Assembly: GCA_913043025.1 (NCBI GenBank)
Contig: CAJWLM010000004.1
Location: forward strand, 3,462-67,461
From: an uncultured Rhodospirillaceae bacterium
GTDB taxonomy: Bacteria > Pseudomonadota > Alphaproteobacteria > UBA8366
Length of the DNA stretch: 64,000 nt
Direction of reading: 5' to 3'
Part shown: positions 59,295-64,000 of the stretch, piece by piece
Layout: every line of letters begins with the position of its first letter
Numbering within the stretch: position 1 is the first letter of the stretch
The notes under the pieces: generated by a model
Databases searched by the model: none
Told to the model about the DNA's origin: nothing
Seen by the model: the letters and a program-made list of their open reading frames with translations, nothing else
Position numbers and translations under genes: made by a program

Positions 59295-60506
59295 GTGTTT
59301 ACGCTTACTGAGGATCTTACAAAAGCATTTTTAAGTGATTTGGGTTTGCCTGTTCCACAAGGTTTGGCATTCGTTAAATCGGGTGAAGCAGCACGATATG
59401 CCGGAACTTTGAGTAGTGGTGCAGTAGTGAAGGCACTAATTCCAACGGGAAGGCGCGGTAAAGCGGGTGCAGTGGTATTAACGGATACACCCGAGGAAGT
59501 TAAGGCGGCGGCTGGGCGTTTATTGGGCACTGAGGTGCATGGTTTTGCTGTTGAAAAAATTTACGTCGAAAGCAAAGTCGAGATTTGTCGTGAATTCTAC
59601 TTAAGCTTTAGTTTGGATAGTTTCCCAGGCCAAATCTTAATATCTTCAAGCGGTGGGGTCGATATCGAAGAGACACATGCACGTGACTCTGCATCAGTCA
59701 TCCGTGGTGATATTGATCCTATTAAAGGGGTAAACAAAAAACAGGCAAGATATCTTTGGCAGCAAGCAGGCGTGACTGGAGATGAATTAGCAGAAGTAGT
59801 TTCTGCAACAACTTCTTTATATGATGCTTTTGTGAAGGCAGATGCAGTCATGATGGAAATAAACCCTTTAGTGCTGGACTCAGATGGGGCGGTGTCAATA
59901 GTCGGTGCAATGCTCGCAATTGATGAGAATGGCTTGCCTCGCCATCCAGATTGGGCAGAGATTGCTGATGGCAGTTTAATAGCGTCATGGCGCAAATTTA
60001 ATGCCCGCGAACTCAGTGTTTCTGAGGCTAATCGAAAGATTAAGGGTGGTGCCGTGCGTTACACTGAGCTTGACGGTGATATAGCACTTCTTGTCGGCGG
60101 CGGCGGTGCTGGATTGTTGCAGCATGACATGATGTTAGCTATCGGCGGCAGACCAGCCAACCATACAGATACCAATCCGGGGGCCGGCATAGAAGAAAAG
60201 TTCAAAGTCACAATCCGTGCAATTTTTGATAATCCGAATGTGAAATGCTTATTAGTTAGTTTTAATCATCAGCAACTTACCCATTGCGCTCGGAAGGCGC
60301 AACCTCTGGCTGAAATCCTTCGCGAACGAAATGTTAATACTCAGGAATTTCCCATCATTGTTCGCCTTGTTGGTCCCGGCGAAGAGGAAGCCAAGGAAAT
60401 TCTTGATGAATTTCCCGGTCTTACTTATTTGCCATTCGACGCGTCACTGGATGATGCGGTGCGCGCAGCTGTTGATATTCGTAACGCGATGGAGAATGTC
60501 AAATGA
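59295..60506 (+). CDS. ADP-forming CoA ligase beta-like subunit (SucC/ATP-grasp family, divergent)
   Basis: The GTG start follows GAGGAGG. ATP-grasp N-terminus (LTEDLTKAFLSDLGLPVPQG...VKALIPTGRRGKAGAV) and MEINPL motif. Overlaps the downstream alpha-like gene by 4 nt. Confidence 0.75.
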   Translation: MFTLTEDLTKAFLSDLGLPVPQGLAFVKSGEAARYAGTLSSGAVVKALIPTGRRGKAGAVVLTDTPEEVKAAAGRLLGTEVHGFAVEKIYVESKVEICREFYLSFSLDSFPGQILISSSGGVDIEETHARDSASVIRGDIDPIKGVNKKQARYLWQQAGVTGDELAEVVSATTSLYDAFVKADAVMMEINPLVLDSDGAVSIVGAMLAIDENGLPRHPDWAEIADGSLIASWRKFNARELSVSEANRKIKGGAVRYTELDGDIALLVGGGGAGLLQHDMMLAIGGRPANHTDTNPGAGIEEKFKVTIRAIFDNPNVKCLLVSFNHQQLTHCARKAQPLAEILRERNVNTQEFPIIVRLVGPGEEEAKEILDEFPGLTYLPFDASLDDAVRAAVDIRNAMENVK

Positions 60507-61399
60507 GCATACTTATAGATGAAAATACAAAAGTATTAGCGCAGGGATTAACTGGTGCTCAGGGCACAAGAGATGCAGAATTTTGTTTGCGGTACGGTAC
60601 TAAAATTGTGTGCGGAGTAACACCCGGCAAGGGCGGGCTAGAGGTTCATAATCTTCCAGTCTACGGAAGTGTGAAAGAGGCTTGTCAACAACACCAAGTG
60701 GACGCAAGCGTCATATACGCTCCACCGCTTTCAACAAAGGAGGCGGTGATAGAAGCACTGGGAGCCGGTCTGAAATTAATTGTTGCACTAGCTGAATTTG
60801 TTCCGCGTCATGACACCGCTGTGATTGCCGCTGCTGCTCGCGAAAATGGTGCAGTGGTTGTTGGCTGTAATACTAATGGGATAATCTCTCCAGGAAAGAG
60901 TAAGCTTGGTGCGATCGGCGGCGATGATCCCTCAGAGGTATTTGCTCCAGGCCGCATTGGTGTTGTCTCACGATCCGGAGGTATGTCGGCAGAGCTGTCA
61001 TTGGCAATTAAGCGCGGTGGGCTTGGAGTATCGACTTGTATTTCTATGGGTGGCGATGTGATACCAGGTAATCCGATGGTTGATTATATTCAGCGGTTTG
61101 TGGCTGACCCTGATACTGATGCAATCGTTATGTTTGGCGAGCCTGGCACCAAGGCGGAGCACGAGGTGGCCGCATATTTGAGGACAAAGGCCTGCACTAA
61201 ACCACTGATTGCACTTTTGGCAGGTGAGTTTCAAGAAAATTACCCACAAGGTGTAAGTTTTGGCCATGTTGCTGCAATGATAAATGACGTCGAAGACACC
61301 GTGTCAGCTAAGCGCAAAATGCTCTCTGCCGCGGGTGCAGTCGTAGTAAATTCACTTGGCGAAATTCCGCTAAAAATCCGGGAACAGCTGGGTTCCTGA
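60503..61399 (+). CDS. ADP-forming CoA ligase alpha-like subunit (SucD family, divergent)
   Basis: CoA-binding N-terminus (VLAQGLTGAQG), SRSGGMSAE, and a phosphohistidine-loop variant GHVAAM instead of the canonical GHAGA. Confidence 0.75.
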   Translation: MSILIDENTKVLAQGLTGAQGTRDAEFCLRYGTKIVCGVTPGKGGLEVHNLPVYGSVKEACQQHQVDASVIYAPPLSTKEAVIEALGAGLKLIVALAEFVPRHDTAVIAAAARENGAVVVGCNTNGIISPGKSKLGAIGGDDPSEVFAPGRIGVVSRSGGMSAELSLAIKRGGLGVSTCISMGGDVIPGNPMVDYIQRFVADPDTDAIVMFGEPGTKAEHEVAAYLRTKACTKPLIALLAGEFQENYPQGVSFGHVAAMINDVEDTVSAKRKMLSAAGAVVVNSLGEIPLKIREQLGS

Positions 61400-61569
61400 A
61401 AAATAATTGACTTCTGGCCAATTTATGCTGCTATGCAATACAAACGTGTTACGCTGTTATTAAATTTCGTTCTGTGACCATCAACAGTTTACAACTATTG
61501 GTTTTCGAAACATTGGGGTTTCAAGCGAGTTTATAGCTTGTATTGACCAATCATCACTATAGTGTGCCC

Positions 61570-62880
61570 ATGCCGATAACATTAGATACCACCGAAAATG
61601 ATTTTTTCTCGCAGTTTTCTCGCCTCATTAATGCGCAACGAGAAATAGTAGAAAATGTAGATAACGTGGTTGCTGAGATTCTCCGCGATGTAGGTGAAAG
61701 AGGTGATGCAGCCTTACTTCACTACACAAAGAAATTTGACCGTTTAGAACTGAATGCCTCGAGAATGCGATTTACAGAGGCCGAAATCATTGATGCTAGG
61801 GGTCAATGCAGCAAAAGCGCAATATCAGCCTTGATTGTAGCTGCTGAAAGGATACGCGAGTTTCACTTAAGGCAGATCCCTAAGGGGTATCAATTCCAGG
61901 ATAGTGCTGGAGTCAAGCTCGGTTTGCGATGGACGCCCATAACTGCAGCTGGCCTGTATGTTCCTGGTGGTACAGCTGCCTATCCAAGTTCCGTATTAAT
62001 GAATGGTATCCCAGCAAAAGTTGCGGGTGTTGAGCGGGTAGCTATGGTGGTCCCAACGCCAGATGGAGAAATTAATCCTCTTGTACTGGCTGCAGCAGAT
62101 ATTGCGGGCATATCCGAAATATACCGCGTCGGTGGTGCTCAAGCCGTGGGGGCGCTTGCCTTTGGAACAGAGACAATTGACCCTGTCGATAAAATAACGG
62201 GACCAGGAAACGCTTTCGTTGCTTCTGCTAAGCGGCAGGTATTTGGCAGGGTTGGGATTGATATGATTGCGGGTCCCTCGGAAATTTTGATTGTGGCTGA
62301 CTCTGAAAATGATCCGGATTGGATTGCTGCCGATTTATTGAGTCAGGCCGAGCACGATGAAAATGCACAATCTGTGCTGATTACCAATAGTAGTGATACG
62401 GCCCAAGCCGTGATGAAGTCCATAGACAAACAATTGGCATCCCTAAATAGGAAAGAGATAGCTAGGAAAAGCTGGAACGAAAATGGAGTCATTATTATTG
62501 CAAAGACTTGGGATGAGGTGCCTGAGCTGGTTGATCGTATTGCGCCTGAACATCTCGAGCTTGCTGTGCAAGAGCCTGAAAAATTAGCGGAAAAAATTAG
62601 GCATGCGGGTGCCATATTTCTTGGGAGACACACCCCGGAAGCAATTGGAGACTATGTTGCCGGCCCCAATCACGTTTTGCCCACGGCACGGTCAGCTCGT
62701 TTTTCATCTGGATTGGGGGCCTTAGATTTTATGAAGCGCACAACTCTTGTAAAGTGTGATTCAAATAGTATTCAGGAAATTGGACCTGCAGCTTGCGCTC
62801 TCGCGGAGGCAGAGGGTCTAGATGCTCATGCGCGATCGGTATCATTAAGATTGACACCGGAGGGAAAGGCCCGTGCCTAA
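61570..62880 (+). CDS. hisD: Histidinol dehydrogenase
   Basis: Blocks GGTAAYPSSVLM, ITGPGNAFVA and SQAEHDE. The ATG at 61570 is preferred; the ORF is open from the TTG at 61543. Confidence 0.9.
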   Translation: MPITLDTTENDFFSQFSRLINAQREIVENVDNVVAEILRDVGERGDAALLHYTKKFDRLELNASRMRFTEAEIIDARGQCSKSAISALIVAAERIREFHLRQIPKGYQFQDSAGVKLGLRWTPITAAGLYVPGGTAAYPSSVLMNGIPAKVAGVERVAMVVPTPDGEINPLVLAAADIAGISEIYRVGGAQAVGALAFGTETIDPVDKITGPGNAFVASAKRQVFGRVGIDMIAGPSEILIVADSENDPDWIAADLLSQAEHDENAQSVLITNSSDTAQAVMKSIDKQLASLNRKEIARKSWNENGVIIIAKTWDEVPELVDRIAPEHLELAVQEPEKLAEKIRHAGAIFLGRHTPEAIGDYVAGPNHVLPTARSARFSSGLGALDFMKRTTLVKCDSNSIQEIGPAACALAEAEGLDAHARSVSLRLTPEGKARA

Positions 62881-63346
62881 ATGCAGTATCGCTGACATAA
62901 CTCTCGATGAGGTTTCGCTTATTCGGTATAGGCCTGAGGTAGAACACGAGCGGAAAGTGGCAATATATGATTTGCTCGAAAGTAATTACTTTGCTCCTAT
63001 AGATGATGATCGAGGCCCATACAGGGTGCGTCTTAGCGTATCGGACGCGAATCGCTTAGTGATTGATATAAATGACGAGAATGATCAGCCTCTTCGTCAG
63101 GTTTTGGTCTCATTGATGTCATTGCGTCGAGTTGTTAAGGATTATTTCAAGATTTGTGAAAGTTATTTTGATGCGTTGCAAAAGCGGACCGTGCAACAAC
63201 TCGAAAGTATAGATATGGCGCGCAGAGGTCTGCATGACGAAGGGGCAAATTTGTTAACTGAACGCCTCGCTGATAAAATTGATATGGATGCCGATACAGC
63301 CCGGAGGCTCTTTACTCTCATTTGCGTCCTACACATACGAGCTTAA
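62873..63346 (+). CDS. UPF0262 family protein
   Basis: EVEHERKVAIYDLLESNYFAP is typical of UPF0262. As I recall, the position after hisD is conserved in Alphaproteobacteria. Confidence 0.7.
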   Translation: MPKCSIADITLDEVSLIRYRPEVEHERKVAIYDLLESNYFAPIDDDRGPYRVRLSVSDANRLVIDINDENDQPLRQVLVSLMSLRRVVKDYFKICESYFDALQKRTVQQLESIDMARRGLHDEGANLLTERLADKIDMDADTARRLFTLICVLHIRA

Positions 63347-63376
63347 TACAGCAACGAGAGTTAATTCATATTTTTT

Positions 63377-63958
63377 ATGACGCAAGTTTCCAGAATAAAA
63401 TTAATTTTAGCCTCGAGTTCTCTACGCAGACTTCACTTATTGGCGCAGATAGGCATTACACCTGATGCAGTAGTGTCACCTGACATTGACGAGTCTGTTG
63501 TTCAAAATGAAACTCCCCGTGAATACGTGAAGCGTATGGCATCTGCAAAAACAGATGCAGTGAAGCAATCTAGTAAGTACTTGCTGGCTGCAGATACTGC
63601 GGTGGTCTGTGGGAATCGAATTCTTCCAAAGGCTGAATCCGAGGATGCGGCTGTTTACTGTCTATCGCTTCTTTCCGGACGACGGCATAAGGTTTTGGGA
63701 AGCATCTGCCTTTTACTTCCAAATGGAGAACGAAGAATGCGCTTGGTTGAGACTACAGTTTCATTCAAAAGACTGACGGAAAGTGAAATTGAATCCTATC
63801 TACATAGCAGCGAGTGGGATGGTAAAGCTGGAGGCTATGCGATTCAGGGTCGCGCAGCTACATTCGTGAAACATATTTCTGGGTCCTATAGTAACGTTGT
63901 TGGCTTGTCTCTATATGATGTGGCTCAATTGCTGCGCGGTAACGGCTATCAATGGTGA
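63377..63958 (+). CDS. maf: Maf-like nucleoside triphosphate pyrophosphatase
   Basis: LILASSSLRRLHLLAQIGI start and C-terminal KAGGYAIQG...GSYSNVVGL. Confidence 0.85.
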   Translation: MTQVSRIKLILASSSLRRLHLLAQIGITPDAVVSPDIDESVVQNETPREYVKRMASAKTDAVKQSSKYLLAADTAVVCGNRILPKAESEDAAVYCLSLLSGRRHKVLGSICLLLPNGERRMRLVETTVSFKRLTESEIESYLHSSEWDGKAGGYAIQGRAATFVKHISGSYSNVVGLSLYDVAQLLRGNGYQW

Positions 63959-64000
63959 ATACGCCCATTGAAATTTTAATTGAAGACTCTCCAGCAGAAG
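63952..64000 (+). CDS. Start of a probable RNase E/G family gene (3' end outside window)
   Basis: The ATG overlaps the maf stop (ATGGTGA). MVNTPIEILIEDSPAE resembles RNase G N-termini, and maf-rng linkage is known from E. coli. Only 16 codons are visible. Confidence 0.35.
   Translation, partial: MVNTPIEILIEDSPAE

Overview
The window looks like a gene-dense, streamlined chromosomal segment, most likely from a marine alphaproteobacterium. The taxonomic call is inference from the gene order murA / DUF2948 / hisD / UPF0262 / maf, the TTT (TctABC) transporter, the TorF-type porin and the moderate A+T content. I recognise about 58 protein genes, 2 tRNAs, and no rRNA, CRISPR, transposase, integrase or phage genes. 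I also found no helix-turn-helix regulator. Housekeeping genes: ispB, glyQ, glyS, ppdK, ygfZ, recQ, dcd, murA, queE, hisD, maf. Accessory content: (i) a 5'-truncated PhnD-PhnE fusion. (ii) A translationally coupled LPS-type operon of GT9, GT2, GT4 and an AsnB-like gene. (iii) A DUF898 / M48 peptidase pair. (iv) A selenocysteine locus (selA, selB, tRNA-Sec) followed directly by a three-gene operon. Its last gene is split in the ORF track by an in-frame UGA and reads through as a UGSC-motif selenoprotein. (v) A same-strand gene block of about 13 kb, divergent from tctCBA. It holds a DUF1932 oxidoreductase, four tandem alpha/beta-hydrolase paralogs, a fused 1201-aa CydDC-like ABC exporter, an aldehyde dehydrogenase, an MmgE/PrpD protein and a leaderless GGT-like protein. 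(vi) A 7.5 kb block between DUF2948 and hisD containing a TauD-family pseudogene with two in-frame stops, a lone carboxyltransferase and a SucCD-like CoA ligase. (vii) A roughly 210 bp intergenic stretch of about 14% G+C carrying a repeated GTAAAAT motif. The best candidates for undescribed biology are the four-hydrolase plus ABC exporter operon and the selenoprotein operon. All functional names come from motif recognition in the translations, because no database search could be run.
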